64,000 nt of DNA from the NCBI RefSeq assembly GCF_009914755.1, contig NC_060929.1; one strand, written 5' to 3'. The stretch's first letter is position 1. Every line of letters begins with the position of its first letter. The notes below the pieces were generated by a model, which saw nothing but the letters and a program-made list of their open reading frames with translations, was not told the DNA's origin and did not search any database. The position numbers were made by a program, and so were the translations under genes. Positions 38,473 through 51,291 of this stretch are shown here, piece after piece. This stretch comes from the human T2T-CHM13v2.0 reference genome, Homo sapiens.

Positions 38473-38702
38473 CCGGGCGTCTTTCCAGAGTGTCAATAAA
38501 TTGGTGTACTATAGCCGCTAGGAAAGGTTTGTAGAAAAAATTGGAGTTCTGCATTTTGCTTTAGCTTTTCCTGCCTAAATGCCTGGAAAACAAATTTTCT
38601 TCTGAATATTACCAACCCTCTGGGAAAGTAATAATTAACTGTTTACAAGACACATTGTATTATATTACAAAAATAATTACATGGAATAAGCCACATACTT
38701 AG

Positions 38703-38708
38703 TTTATT
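38703..38708 (-). terminator. MED10: MED10 polyadenylation signal AATAAA
   Basis: TTTATT on plus, about 555 nt past the stop codon, followed on the minus strand by U/GU-rich sequence. Confidence 0.75.
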
Positions 38709-39263
38709 ATAGGCATGTCTAATTGAAATCCATGAAAACAGTTACATTTAAAACATTCTTTATGCACTATACTTGAAAATGTAAAATATAATACCACTTA
38801 AGTACTTCCCACATTAAACTGATTTTTCTTTTTTTAAAAAAATTTTTCCTAGTCGTTATTTAGCTTTCGGACACCATAATACAATAGAACAGAAAAAGTA
38901 TGTTAAAAGAAAAATATTAGGTAGAATGTTGTAAAACTTTTAATTTACCCATCATATTTAACATTTCCAAGACTATTTTCCTGCGCCTCATCTGCCCTCA
39001 GAGAGAATGATCCCCACAGTGATGAGGGGTCAGCACTCTGAAAGCCAGTTGACGCCAGACAAGCTGCTGGAACAGCTGGGGCACAGCTCCGCCTCTCCTC
39101 CAGCCCCTCGGTCCCATGAGGCCAAACAATGAGGACAGAGGGGCTGAGGGGTGTGTCCAGGGCCCAGTCCCACCTCAGCAGGAAGGTGGCGTCAGCACTC
39201 GCAGTCCCAGCCTCACGCCGCATCGCAGTCCCGGGGGATCTTCACACAGGGAGGGTGAGCTGG

Positions 39264-39362
39264 TTAAGAAGGCGGGTGATCCTCCCCCCGGATGCTTCGA
39301 TACTTAGCCATGTCTTCCGGAAATACTTTAGAAAGTTCTTGAATCAACAGGCTTTTAAATTT
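39264..39362 (-). CDS. MED10: MED10 exon 4, coding part (KFKSLL...GEDHPPS*)
   Basis: Acceptor TTTCTTTGTAG; TAA at 39266-39264. Confidence 0.97.
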   Translation of the reverse strand, partial: KFKSLLIQELSKVFPEDMAKYRSIRGEDHPPS

Positions 39363-42300
39363 CTACAAAGAAAATACATTATCAAAGGAGCTCTTCACAT
39401 CAACACTCCAATAACTATTTAAAATATGCCTTTTGGAAGTTTAAACACATGGCCCACTAAGCAATACAGGGCCACGGGACTGACCTGAGACTTCCACTGA
39501 TCTCAGAGAGGAAATGACACCAATAGCAACATATGCAAAAGGAAGCGACACTGCACAGCCCCGGACGTCACCACCAGCAGCACAGTTCTGTACTGCCCAA
39601 AGGCACCAGTGTGACAGGAGCCTGCTGGAACTGTAAGCCACGTCCCTGGTGACCCAGTGGCTGTGTTCACATGGAGAGAGACGTTTCTGTTGGCCAATAT
39701 AATTCTCACTCAGCTTTATCAAGCGAAACGGAACAATCAAAACGAGCGGCCCTCACTATTGATAAGGAGTGCACTGGCTCTGAAGGTGACGCTGGACTCA
39801 ACAACTCCTCAATCCCAAATGGACAAAACAGAGATGAGGCTGTGGGAGCCATAAGAACAACTATGACAAAACACCACTTCTGAGGTGTGCTGTTTACCAC
39901 CAGGAGGGGATCACCTGAATGGGATTCTGGAAGCCCTGTGACCTGCCTGTGACTAGGCAGGTCTCCTTCTGACAGCTCCTCCCCTTGCTCCTCCCACTCG
40001 GCCAGAGCGCCAAGAGGCCACTGTGTGACCATCCCTGCCTGCGCACATTAGCCATGGCTGAGCACACGTGTCCCAGTCTGGCACCAGGCATCAGTGGGAA
40101 CAGAACACTCATGTCCTCTGTGATCCTGGAGCTCAAGCAGCCGGCAGAGGAGACAGAACAAACAGAAAAAACAAAATTAAAAGGTAAATCTTGACCAGCA
40201 TTCTCAAGGAAAGCTTTAGAAAAGGCTGGTCCCAAAGGCCTCTTTGAGGAGGTGAAATCATCTGAAACTGGAAGGATAGAGTCGCTTGTGCAAAGAGAAC
40301 ATGGAAGAGCTCCAGGCGGAGAAGATGACAGGAGAAAAGAACACGAACGAAAGGGTTGGATGTATTCCAGAACCGAAAACCAGGCCGGCGTGGATGGCCG
40401 GGAGGAGGAAGAGGCACCTATTGTGAGCTGGGAGGAGAGGAAGGCAGAGGTCCCTGCTGCACACGGCAACAGTCGCATGGCGCCAACAGAAATGAGTGGC
40501 CGTTAAGTCCAAATAAAGAAACAAAACACCAATTTGAACTACATTTGAGTCAATTTAAGAAAAAATTACATATTTCATGTTCAAGTGCAGAGAGTTCTCT
40601 ACATCTCATCAAGGCAAAGAAAAACTAAGTGATCTGGGGAATTTCATGACAGTGGATATGGTAAAAAGAAGTTTGGAGGTCAGAAGCTGGACAAAGAGAA
40701 AAATCAATATTCAAGAATCCTCTAAACCAAAGAACCATGACTACAGGGAAAGCCTTCAACAGTAGGAATTACTACAGAAATAGAAAGTATCAATGCAATA
40801 AAAGTGCATCTTAAAAAAATGAAAATGATCACAGCCAGTGAGAACTACTATCACAAAAATTACTCTGGATTTCCTTAAGAGTAAGATTAGTGTATGTTTT
40901 TTATGCTATTACGCAGCTGATATCTAATTTTACTTACTGCCTATTACACAATTCAGAAATCTCAATATGTGAAGTTATGAAAGTCAATATTCTAGCAAGT
41001 ATGGAAAAAAATGAGTCTCTTAACCAAATTCCACTGAGAAGGCATCTCTTCCCACTGTATTTCTGACACTCCTTAGAGTCTTACCTTCATGGTGTCGATC
41101 TTGCCTTTAACTTGCTCATTTTTAGCTAGAGCCCTCTCCAGGCACTCTTTGGTGTAGAGCTGGGGATTTCGACCTTGATCTATATATCTGGAAACACGAT
41201 ATATTTCAATTAGCATTCTCATGACTGACACCTATTCTCACAGCTTTCTGAAAGGTATGGGGGAATAAAGGTTAGGTATATATAACTGCACACGGCCTTG
41301 TTTAGACAAAACTCAGTGTAGGAACCAGGGGAATTAATATTCCCTCATTTACACAAGTACAGATCATCTGATTTCATTACTTCTGATAATACGAACAGCT
41401 CATAAAATCAAGTAATGATCACTGATAAACCCAAGCACGCTTCACAAGCCATACCACTTTACATGTGTTTAGCATTTGCACTTTTCAAAATTCGTTCATG
41501 CTATTTATTACCTTTTTGATCCTTACAGCAGCTTGTATGGTAAGGCAACTCTTGACAAAAGAAAAAACTAAATGAGATCCAGGGGTTCGGGCCTGGGTGA
41601 CATAGGCGGATCCTTCCACGATGCAGCCTCCACTCTAGGTCAGCCCTGCTGCTTGGCAAAGCCCCTCCTCCTCTGTGGAGGAGCTTCAGGGGAAAGGAAA
41701 GGAGAACTACAAGCACAAGAGCCCCAGCCCTGACGACCCCAAGATCCTTTTACAAACCATTCCACTGCTTTAAAAAGAAGAGGCGGCTTGATATACCACT
41801 TTACTAAATACACCTAGGTAACTTAAATATAACAGAGACATTCTGGCCAATTATTTCTAAACAGTATAAAACTGTTACTTAGAATTTCTGACACTTCCCC
41901 CAGAAATTATCTTCAGTATCCTGAAGATTTAATTAAACATACTGCCTAGATCAATACCTATATTTTACCAAGAGCAGGCCACCTGCCTTTTTCTGTACCC
42001 TAAAGAAATCCTTATCATTCAACTAAACTGAATCATTCATTATTTAAAAAACAAAAAACAAAAACTGAAAACTAACTCTACTTTCGAATTTTATAATTGA
42101 GGCCAAAAATATATAATCACTTCAGAACAAGATATCATTAGGTTACTACTAATGGTATAAAAAGTAGCCTTGATAGATAGCAAAAGATAAAAACATCACA
42201 AGTTCTAGAAATTCTATTTCATTTCAGTGTTTTTGAAATAATGTAATGTGGCAAAATTATGGTTAATTCTAAACAAAATCTATCCATTTCTCAAGAAAAA

Positions 42301-45244
42301 CCTGACAGGCTCACAGAATAAGGTTAACCATGTCAGCTGACGGTCGTTTCTTCAACAGCATGGACATCCTGCTCAGACTTGGTTCTTTGAAGACCGAAGG
42401 GTGAACCCACTCCTGCCCACACACAAAGTCCTGGAGACAAGGGCCAAGCTGCTTTCACCTTAGCTAAAGACACAGTTGGTGTGTATGAAAATGTACACGC
42501 TGCAAAGGCCACTGGGACCTGGAAATTCCTTCTACATTGGGTAGACACCAACCACCGATTTGCAGATAAACTCCCAGCATCTGCTCTGTATTAGGGCTCA
42601 CTGGCATACTCTTCCTGATACCCCAGGTCAATCTCATCCATCCCCGTGCCCAGCACTTCCCTCGGCCCTTAAGCAGTCTGTTCACATCAGTCTCCATTTG
42701 TTCTGCTTCAGAAGACACAAGTAGTTACTTGCCACTTGTCACTATATGCATCCCCTGCATTCATAATCAGAAGAGCACAAAGGAGGATGCTCTGTATTCC
42801 TGGACTGAGAAAGCCAAAGCTGAGTCTGGAGCTACCTGAGGTGCAAGACCTTCGTCCCACCTGAAGTCAGAGACCTCAGTGGTGCCCACTGAGCACAGGT
42901 AAGGAACATGGGGCAAAGTCATCAGCAGGTGAACAGAAGATCAGAGACCAAGAAAACCACCTCTGTGTCCTGTCTTTGTAGGCAGCTGCTGCACTATAGC
43001 TAGAACTTGTATCTCTGACCTTTTGGGATGGAAAACAGCCATAACTCTTTCCCTTTACTGCTTAACGAAATCTAGTGATTTACATTTGCAGTTTTGCTGC
43101 AAGAAATACTAGAATGTTCTTGCTGTTCCAAGCCAGCACCATCAGGGAGAGGCTGCTTTGCACTGGTCAAGAAAGTATGAGTCCGGGGGTTTCGTCTTAA
43201 CTCTGACACTTACTAGGTAAACAACCTATTGCAGTTACTTATCAGGTCCTTCATGTGTGAAATCAGAGATGTGACCAAATCAATGCAAGAAAACCTGGAT
43301 TTTAAAAATCTAAAAGCTCATTCCTGTATGTGTTCTCAGGACTATTACTAACATAGGTGCACACAACTCTCGCACAGAAAACAGTGAGCAGCCTCCCCAA
43401 ACATACTTGGAATAAGAACCCTTTCTTTCCTCCTTCGACAGAGCAGATATTTTCACCTCTCAGAACTAGCACTCCACGGGCAGTTTGGGAACATCAGACC
43501 AGCTTGCTTTTCAGGTGCTTCTGGCTGCCATTTTTTAAAAATTTACAATATAGCCCTCATAGGACTTTTCACCTCTTAAGGAAAAAAGAAAGTTTTGTGG
43601 CTGTTCTTTAGCCTAAGCAGGGCTTTGAGGACCTATGATGTATTTCATATATTTAATAAGCTTTTATTTACATGTAACTTTTTTTCCACAATAGAATATT
43701 AAGGATATTCTTTTTTTTCGTTTTGTAATGCCATTAGAACGGAAGTTCCATAAGGGCAGGTATTTTTGTATTTTTGTCTATTTTTTTTTCCACTGGCACA
43801 TCCCCAGCACCCAGGCTGTGCCTACCACACAGCAGGCACTCGAATGCCAGTGATGAAGAAGTCACGATACCACACCATAACTGAACAAGATTTATACCCA
43901 AGACTAATATCAAGAATGTTACTTACTCAAAAACTTCTAACGGTACAGTAATATCATGAAGCTGCTGTCTGCACTTGTCAATATCCTGTAAGCCAGTAAC
44001 AATAAAATTCCTGGGGGAAAGGCAAACACACAGGCATCTGGTTAATTTCGCTTGACAGCATAAGCACCACCCACAGAGCTACCCAGCCAACCGGGGCTCC
44101 ACGCAAGTTCGTTCTCCTCACAGCTATGCGGGTTACACACGGTTCTGACCTCTTTGGTTAGCTACAGGATTCCTAGGACACCGTTAGAGTTACAAAATAC
44201 CCTTAAATATTTGTTACTTTCCTTCTCAACTAGAAATTGCCAGTAAGGGGGATGGAGAGGGAACCTGATGAAAAATATGAACCTTCTCTCAAAAACAATT
44301 ACCTGACTGTGCATATGACTGTGTGTGCGGTTTCAGCGAACACATGAGGCAGCGGACTATACTCAAAGTCTGAGGGAAAGAAAGCCATACTGTCTGGTTT
44401 AGCTTCCTCTCCTCTCTGGAGCCTTCCTACAGCATCAGGCTGGTCTGGCTATTCCCACAGCACTAGGTATGGAACCTCGAGTGCAACATTTTCTATGTCC
44501 GTGCCACATATAAAGCCCTTCTCGAAAGTGCTGTACTTGCATTTGCCTTTTCTCCAACCCAGGGCCTAGCAACATGGGCAGCACAAGGCTGTTGCCAAGA
44601 AATAATAATAATAAACGTTCTGCAACCTTTCTCAGCACCACCTCCCCGCTATTTCCTCCACTGTCAGGCCTATGCGGCAGGTGGCTTCGGAGCCTCACCT
44701 TCTGAGGCCTAGTTTAGGGCGTGCACTCACTGTGGAGCCTGCCTCCCCTCTGGAGACAGGGACTGAATTCCCAGAAGGGCTCCAGGAGGAAAAGGCTGGG
44801 AGGGGGTTACACATGAGAGGGGAGACGCTAGAAGAGAAAGCATGATTCCCTTGATAGGGAAACGTAAAGTATATCATCTGGCCATGACGACGTCTCCAAA
44901 GGGGCCTCAAAGAGGTTGGCTCTTGGCAACAGGCTGGAGCGCGGGCCCCGCCCTCTGAACACAGCCAGGAAAGGCGCCCCGGGCTCCGGGACCAGACCAG
45001 AGGGCTGGCGGGGCACGAGTAGCGGTCAGGCTCGGCTCGGGCTCCCTAGATCCCCGCTCCCCTAGCACACGCTTCCCGGCCAGGCCCTGGGGAGACCCCG
45101 GCAGCCTCGGGCCGCCACTCACAGCTTTTGGTTGAGCCCGGCCTGGCTGCTGGGCTGGAAGTCACTGACGATGATGCCGAGCTGCCGAATGTTCTCCACG
45201 AACTTCTCCAGGTGCTCCTCTAGGTGGTCAAACTTCTCCGCCAT
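39264..45244 (-). CDS. MED10: Mediator of RNA polymerase II transcription subunit 10; join(45123-45244, 43927-44010, 41085-41187, 39264-39362), 135 aa
   Basis: Manual splicing gives MAEKFDHLEEHLEKFVENIRQLGIIVSDFQPSSQAGLNQKLNFIVTGLQDIDKCRQQLHDITVPLEVFEYIDQGRNPQLYTKECLERALAKNEQVKGKIDTMKKFKSLLIQELSKVFPEDMAKYRSIRGEDHPPS*; 122+84+103+99=408 nt; all introns GT-AG. Confidence 0.98.
41085..41187 (-). CDS. MED10: MED10 exon 3 (YIDQGRNP...KIDTMK)
   Basis: Acceptor GTTTCCAG, donor AAG|GTAAGA; contains the conserved YIDQGRNP motif. Confidence 0.97.
43927..44010 (-). CDS. MED10: MED10 exon 2 (NFIVTG...PLEVFE)
   Basis: Acceptor TTTCCCCCAG, donor GA|GTAAGT; 84 nt, phase 2 at both ends. Confidence 0.97.
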
Positions 45245-45500
45245 CGCCTCGGCCCGTCCCCCACCCACACAGCCTCAACCAGCAGCGCCGCAGGCGTGGC
45301 CCTACGCTCCCGCTTCCTGCTTCCGTCCGGACAGATACGACTTCCGTTTCCTCTGGGGGAGCGCGGGCGAGCTCTTGGGGGCGGAGCCTCGTTATCGGGA
45401 CGGGCGTGTTGGGGCGGGGCCTAAGTGCGGGGCAGGGCGGGCTTTCGGGGATGCGGTCTGGATTCTGGAGGAGGCCTCGGCGCGCAGCTGGGCGAGTACT
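44890..45500 (-). promoter_or_regulatory. MED10: MED10 CpG-island promoter with tandem ETS sites and GC boxes
   Basis: CpG-dense. Minus-strand ETS motifs ACGGAAGT (45340-45347), ACGGAAGC and CAGGAAGC (45312-45326). Sp/KLF boxes GGGGCGGAGC (45378-45387) and GGGGCGGGGC (45411-45420). No TATA box seen. Confidence 0.88.
45123..45244 (-). CDS. MED10: MED10 exon 1, coding part (MAEKFD...NQKL)
   Basis: GCGATGG start context at 45244; donor CT|GTGAGT. Confidence 0.97.
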
Positions 45501-46216
45501 AACTGTTTGCACTCTCATCAGACCTGCCTCGGTCATGGGAGAAGTTGAAGACTTTCTGCAATGCAGCATCTTCAAGCAATACACACATGGATGAAAATCC
45601 TAAAGTTTGCATGAAGGACCAATAACGGTAGTTTCCCTGCCCCTCTACCAGAACCCCTGGGATCAGCGCCTGCCTGCCTCCTTTCTTCTATGTAATCGGC
45701 GGCCACCTCCCCTAGCTCTTGCTGCTAACCATGCTTCCCGGACACCTGCTGCCTTCGTAGGTCAGGGTCTCACCTCCTCGGGCCAATTCTGACCAAACAG
45801 CACCCTGTGGGGTTGCCCTGTCTTAGTAAACTGCTGTTTATCTCATTGAAATTCAGTTTAGGTCATTTCACTCTTATGTTTAAGAAACTTTTCTGCCCGA
45901 TCTCCTATGATAGCGGATATCTCCTCTAGCCTGTTTGAATTTCTCAAGTGATTTATTTTACTGAATATATTTGTGGCCTGTACTTTTCAGTGCCTAGAAA
46001 CAGGCAAAGTGAGGGAGCTCCTTTGCTAGATGATCTTCAGAGCCTCTCCCAGCTGTGACCAGAAATGGAAAGCCAGAGAAGGTAAGTGACTTGCCAAACT
46101 TATGGAATCAGGGCACTCCAGTTGGTGGGCTGGGCTGATAAACAGAAATGTTACATAAAATACTTCTCTCCTGATTTAACAACAATTAACTTTAGGGAAT
46201 TATAAAACAAGATGGA

Positions 46217-46656
<440 letters not shown>

Positions 46657-47183
46657 TTAAGGGTATCTCTTTGCTAGTATATATAATTCCCAAACTAGTA
46701 GACAGGGGGAAGGGAATAAAGAAAACACAATCAACTCAATAGAAGGCAAGAAAAGAAGAGAATAAAGAAGCAAAGAACAAGCATGGAAAATAAAACTCAC
46801 AACGTAAAGTGCAAAAATTAAAGGCACACGACTCAACAGCAAAAAAGCAAAAGAAGAAATTTATAAATGGGCAAAGGACCTGAACAGATACTTCTCAAAA
46901 GAAGACATAAAAATGACCAGCAAAAATGCTCAGCATCACATATCATCAGGGAAATACAAATTAAAAGCATAATGAGATGTCACCTTACACTGTTAGAAGG
47001 GCTATAATCAAAAAGACCAAAGACAATGGGTGTGGGTGAAAATGTGGAGGAAAGGGAACCCTTGTACACTGTTGATGGGAATGTAAATTAGTGCAGCCTT
47101 TATGGAAAATAGAATGGAAGTTTCCCAAAACTCTAAAAACAGAATTACCATATGATCCAGCAGTCCTACTTCTGAGTATATAC

Positions 47184-47638
47184 TGTGAACCCTGAATATC
47201 TGAGACAGTTCTCAGTTAATTTAGAAAGTTTATTTTGCCAAGGTTGAAGACACACACTCATGACACGGCCTCAGGAGGTCCTGATGACATGAGCCCAAGG
47301 TGGTCAGGGCACAGCTTGGTTTTATACATTTTAGGGAAACATGAGACATAAATCAATATGTAAGTGTAAGGTATACACTGGTTCTGTCCAGAAAGGCGGG
47401 AAAACTCAAAGCAGGGAGGGGGCTTCCAGGTCACTGGTAGGTGAAAGACAAATAGTTACATTATTTTGAGTTTCTGATTTGCCTTTCCAAAGGAGGCAAT
47501 CAGATATGCACCTATCTCAGTGAGCAAAGGGATCACTTTGAATAGAATGGGAGGCAGGTTGTCCCTGAGCATTTTCCAGCATGACTTTTCCCTTTAGCTT
47601 AGTGATTTGGGGGCCCCAAAATTTATTTTCCTTTCACA
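47184..47638 (-). mobile_element. ERV1 solo LTR, MER4A-like
   Basis: TGTGAACCCTGAATATCTGAGACAG through TTTATTTTCCTTTCACA; 4-bp TSD ATAC. Confidence 0.85.
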
Positions 47639-47680
47639 ATACTCAAAGGAATTGAAATCACTATGTCAAAGAGATATCTG

Positions 47681-48219
47681 TGTTTCCAGAAAGAGGTCCC
47701 AGTCCAGACCCCGAGAGAGTTCTTGGATCTTGTGAAAGAAGGAATTCAGGGTGAGTCCATATAGTAAAGTAAAAGCAAGTGTATTAGTAAAATAAAGGAA
47801 TAAAGAATGGCTACTCCATAGGCAGAGCGGCCCGAGGGCTACTGGTTACTTGCTGTTATGGTTATTTCTTGATTGTATGCTAAGCAAGTGGTGGCTTATT
47901 TATGCCTCCCCGTTTTAGACCATTTAGGGTAACTTCCTAACAGGTCATGGCATTTGGAAACTGTCAGGGCAGTGGTGGGAGTATAGCAGTGAGAACTCTC
48001 GTTGCCATCTTGGTTTTGGTGGGGTTTAGCTGGCTTCTTTACAGCAAACTGTTTTATCAGTGAGGTGTTTATGACCTGTATTTGGTGCCGACCTCCTATC
48101 TCATCTTGTGACTTAGAATGCCTAACCATCTGGGAATGCAGCCCAGTAGGTTTGTTTCAGCCTTATTTTACCCAGCTCCTATTCAAGATGGAGTTGCTCT
48201 GCTTCAAATGCCTCTAACA
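47681..48219 (-). mobile_element. ERV1 solo LTR, MER41A
   Basis: Reverse strand starts TGTTAGAGGCATTTGAAGCAGAGCAACTCCATCTTGAATAGG; lacks the GAS-containing block of MER41B; 4-bp TSD TCTG. Confidence 0.88.
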
Positions 48220-48349
48220 TCTGTACCCCATAAAAATAGACAATTATTATTTGTTAATTAAAAATAAAATTAAAAAGTGTATCATGAACTGTGTTCCCTG
48301 TCATTAAATGTGTGCCTTCCCCACTAAAAACATACGTTAGTGAACACAG

Positions 48350-48471
48350 TAAATGTTAACAGATTTAACATTTAATTAATTTAATTAATTAATTAATTAT
48401 TTAATTTAACATTTAACTGTTAGTCTATCCTAACAGTTAAATGTTAACAGATTTAACTGTTAGGGTAGACT
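48350..48471. repeat. Nested AT-rich inverted repeats
   Basis: Perfect 18-bp inverted repeat at 48406-48423/48430-48447, plus overlapping 21-bp and 10-bp inverted repeats. Confidence 0.9.
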
Positions 48472-50071
48472 CTCAGATTAGAATCCAATTGGAAGTGTTT
48501 TGTTTTGTTGTTTTAATCTAGCTATGTTGCTTTTCAAAGGTACACCTAAAACAAACTTATAGACAGGTTGAAAATAAAGAGGGAGGATAGAATAATATAT
48601 GGCAGGCAACCAAAAGAAAGTTGTTAATGCATATAAAAGTTAGTAAAGAAACATTAAAAAGATGCTTTTAATGGTAAAGAGAAGACTCATTAAAGATAGA
48701 ATACTATTCACCTATAAGCAACTGACAACATAGTCCCATATTATCTAGCACAAAAATTGACAAAATATGAGGAAAAATTCAAAATCCATAATTATTACAG
48801 AGGATTTGGAGTACCTCTATCAGAAAACAATAAATCAAGTAGGCCAAAAAGCATATGAAGAATATGGAAGACTTAAGTAATATATTAAGAATTGTGATCT
48901 CTGAAAAACAGTGACCCCTGAAGAATAGATTGTTTCCAAGCACATTTCAAATACTTACAAAAACTTGACCATTCCCTAGACCACAAAGAAAGTTTCAGCA
49001 AACTCAGATCCTATCACATAGACCAGATTTTCTGACCTCGTAATTCCAGTAGAAATCTATGAATTTATTCATTTTCTACACATACATACACGTTCGAAAA
49101 TCAAAACACACTCTAAATAATTCATGAGTTTACATACATCTGAGAATGGGCAAGACCCAATTATGTCTGTTGTCTTCGTGTGATTATTAATAGCACTCTT
49201 CCACTCACTGTCAAACATGTCCCAGTTTGGTTGATACGTTATGTGGACATCCTATTTAAAAGGAAAATTATAAAACATTTGGAATTAAATGACAAGAATT
49301 CCCTGTCAAACTTCTGCTTTACTCCTGAGGTAATAATTTGAGGGAAAACAGCCTGGAAAAAATAAACTGGAGTTTCAACTCAAAGAGTAGGATAAAAAGA
49401 ATCAAAAGGGAAATCACAGGCACCAAAAAATACATAAAAAGGGGTGACAAAAGTAAAGACAGACACTGATGAAAATGAGAACTATTGCATTAGTTTTCTG
49501 TCTAGCTGCATTCGAAGCTGGAAAGATAAAAATGAAGAAAAGTTGATTGTTGAAAAGATGAGTCAAATATATATACTTCTGGCAAGTCTCATCAGAGAAG
49601 AAGAAAAGAAAGGTGCTAAAAGAGAAAAATATACAGTATTATAAATGAGTGAGGGTGAGGGTAAAACTTATATGTTCATAATTTTGAAAGCTTAGAAGAT
49701 ATAAACAATTTTCTAGGAAACTACCAGAAATTAACTTAAGAAAAATAAACAATTAGAATAGTTCCTAGTCTTTCAATAAACTGGCCAGTAGGCAAAAATC
49801 TCTTTCAAAGATAGGAGAGACATAAGCTCGGACAGTTTTTTATACTAATTGTTTAAAAATCAAACATTAAAGAACAAATAATTTCAAACTTACCCAGATA
49901 CATTCAGAGACTAGAAAAAGAAGAAATACATCCCAGCTCATTTTGAAAGAGCAGTATAACTTTTATATGAAAATCATCAAGGACAATACAAGAAAATATA
50001 GGTCAATCTTCCTTATGAAAGTAGATACAAAAGTCTTAAGTAAGATATTATCAGAATTAGATCAGTTGTCA

Positions 50072-51100
50072 TGCATCAGGCATCTATTGCTGTATAGCAA
50101 ACCATGCCAAAACTTAGTGGCGTAAAACAACCTCAGTCCTTCATTTTACCCACAAATCTGCATTGTGGCCTGTGCATGGCGTTCACAGCTTCTCTCTGCT
50201 CCATGTCACATGGGCTGGGGTGGCTTCACTGGAGGCTGAAGGACCTGCTTTCACAATGGCTTATTCAGCGGGGCTGTGGGCTGGCGACCACACATCCCCC
50301 CCATGTGGGTGTGTCCCTGGGATTTGGGAGCTTCCTCCCTGATGGTGGCAGGGTGCCAAGAGCACAGAGCTCAGGAGAAGCAGGTGAAAGCAGCACCACC
50401 TCTTATGACCTTGCCTGGGAAGTCCCCCGACAGCCAGGGCACATTTAGATCCCCAGGGAGGGAACATAACCTGTCTTCCCGGTGGAAGAAGTAAGAAGTC
50501 ACATTGATAGAGGAGCAGGTGAGATGAGAACTTGTTGAAGCCGTGAACCCCAAGTATCTGAGACAGACAGGTCTCAGTCAATTTAGGAAGTTTATTTGCC
50601 AAAGTTAAAGACACCTGCCTGTCACACAGCCTCAGGAGGTCCTGACAACATGGGCCCAAGGGCACAGCTTGGTTTTATACATTTTAGGGAGACGTGAGAC
50701 ATCAGTCAATATATGTATGTACAGTGGTTCCACCCGGAAAGGCAGGGCAACTAGAAGCAGGGAGGCAGTTTCCAGGTCATAGGTAGGTGAGAGACGAATC
50801 GTTGCATTCTTTTGAGTTCCTGATTAGCCTTTCCAAAGGAGGCAATCAGATATGCATTTATCTCAGTGAGCAGAGGGCAACTTTGAATTCTGTCTGTCCT
50901 TTGTCCACAGAGAAATTCCTTGTGAGGGAGTTATGTCGCTTTTTAATCTTAGTAGCTACGTTTTTTAGGAACAGAATGGGAGGCAGGTTCGCCCTAAGCA
51001 GTTCCCAACTTGGCTTTTCCTTTTGGCTTAGTGATTTTGGGGTCCCAAGATTTATTTTCCTTTCACAAAGCTGTTTTTGAAAAATACAACCTGTCACCCA
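50072..51100 (-). mobile_element. MaLR LTR (MLT1F-like) split by a MER4A
   Basis: CATCTATTGCTGTATAGCAAACCATGCCAAAACTTAGTGGCGTAAAACAAC at one end; resumes GCTGTTTTTGAAAAATACAACCTGTCAC after the insert. Confidence 0.7.
50542..51067 (-). mobile_element. ERV1 solo LTR, MER4A-like
   Basis: (C)GTGAACCCCAAGTATCTGAGACAG through TTTTCCTTTCACA; 4-bp TSD AAGC. Confidence 0.85.
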
Positions 51101-51291
51101 TCACATTGGGAAAAAAGTTATGATCCATTGTGCTTTTCCTAGGATTGCATGAATTATGAAATATCATAAAATCCATTATTATAACAGTCTGTTAAGGATT
51201 AAAGGAGATAAAATACCTCAGGTAGATTTTTTAAGTAGACACTGGATATTAATAAAATTGAACCCAAATCATGATTTAAAAATAAAAAAGA

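Larger units (their letters stand above)
46825..48275 (+). mobile_element. L1MA-type 3' fragment hosting two LTR insertions
   Basis: AAATGGGCAAAGGACCTGAACAGATACTTCTCAAAAGAAGAC through CCATATGATCCAGCAGTCCTACTTCTGAG; terminal TGTACCCCATAAAAATAG...AATTAAAAATAAA. Confidence 0.75.

Noticed and set aside
39894-40478. 194-aa minus-strand ORF in MED10 intron 3
   Set aside because: Low-complexity Ser/Leu-rich frame with no recognisable domain; the spliced MED10 frame is complete without it.
45132-45548. 138-aa plus-strand ORF over the MED10 start
   Set aside because: Antisense shadow of MED10 exon 1 and the GC-rich promoter; non-ATG start and no recognisable protein.
47681-48219. Interferon-inducible MER41 enhancer
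   Set aside because: This is the MER41A form, without the tandem GAS (TTCNNNGAA) block; I saw no intact GAS site.
47184-51067. Two same-orientation MER4A LTRs as the ends of one provirus
   Set aside because: Each has its own 4-bp TSD, and the sequence between them is L1/MER41/MLT1, not gag-pol-env.
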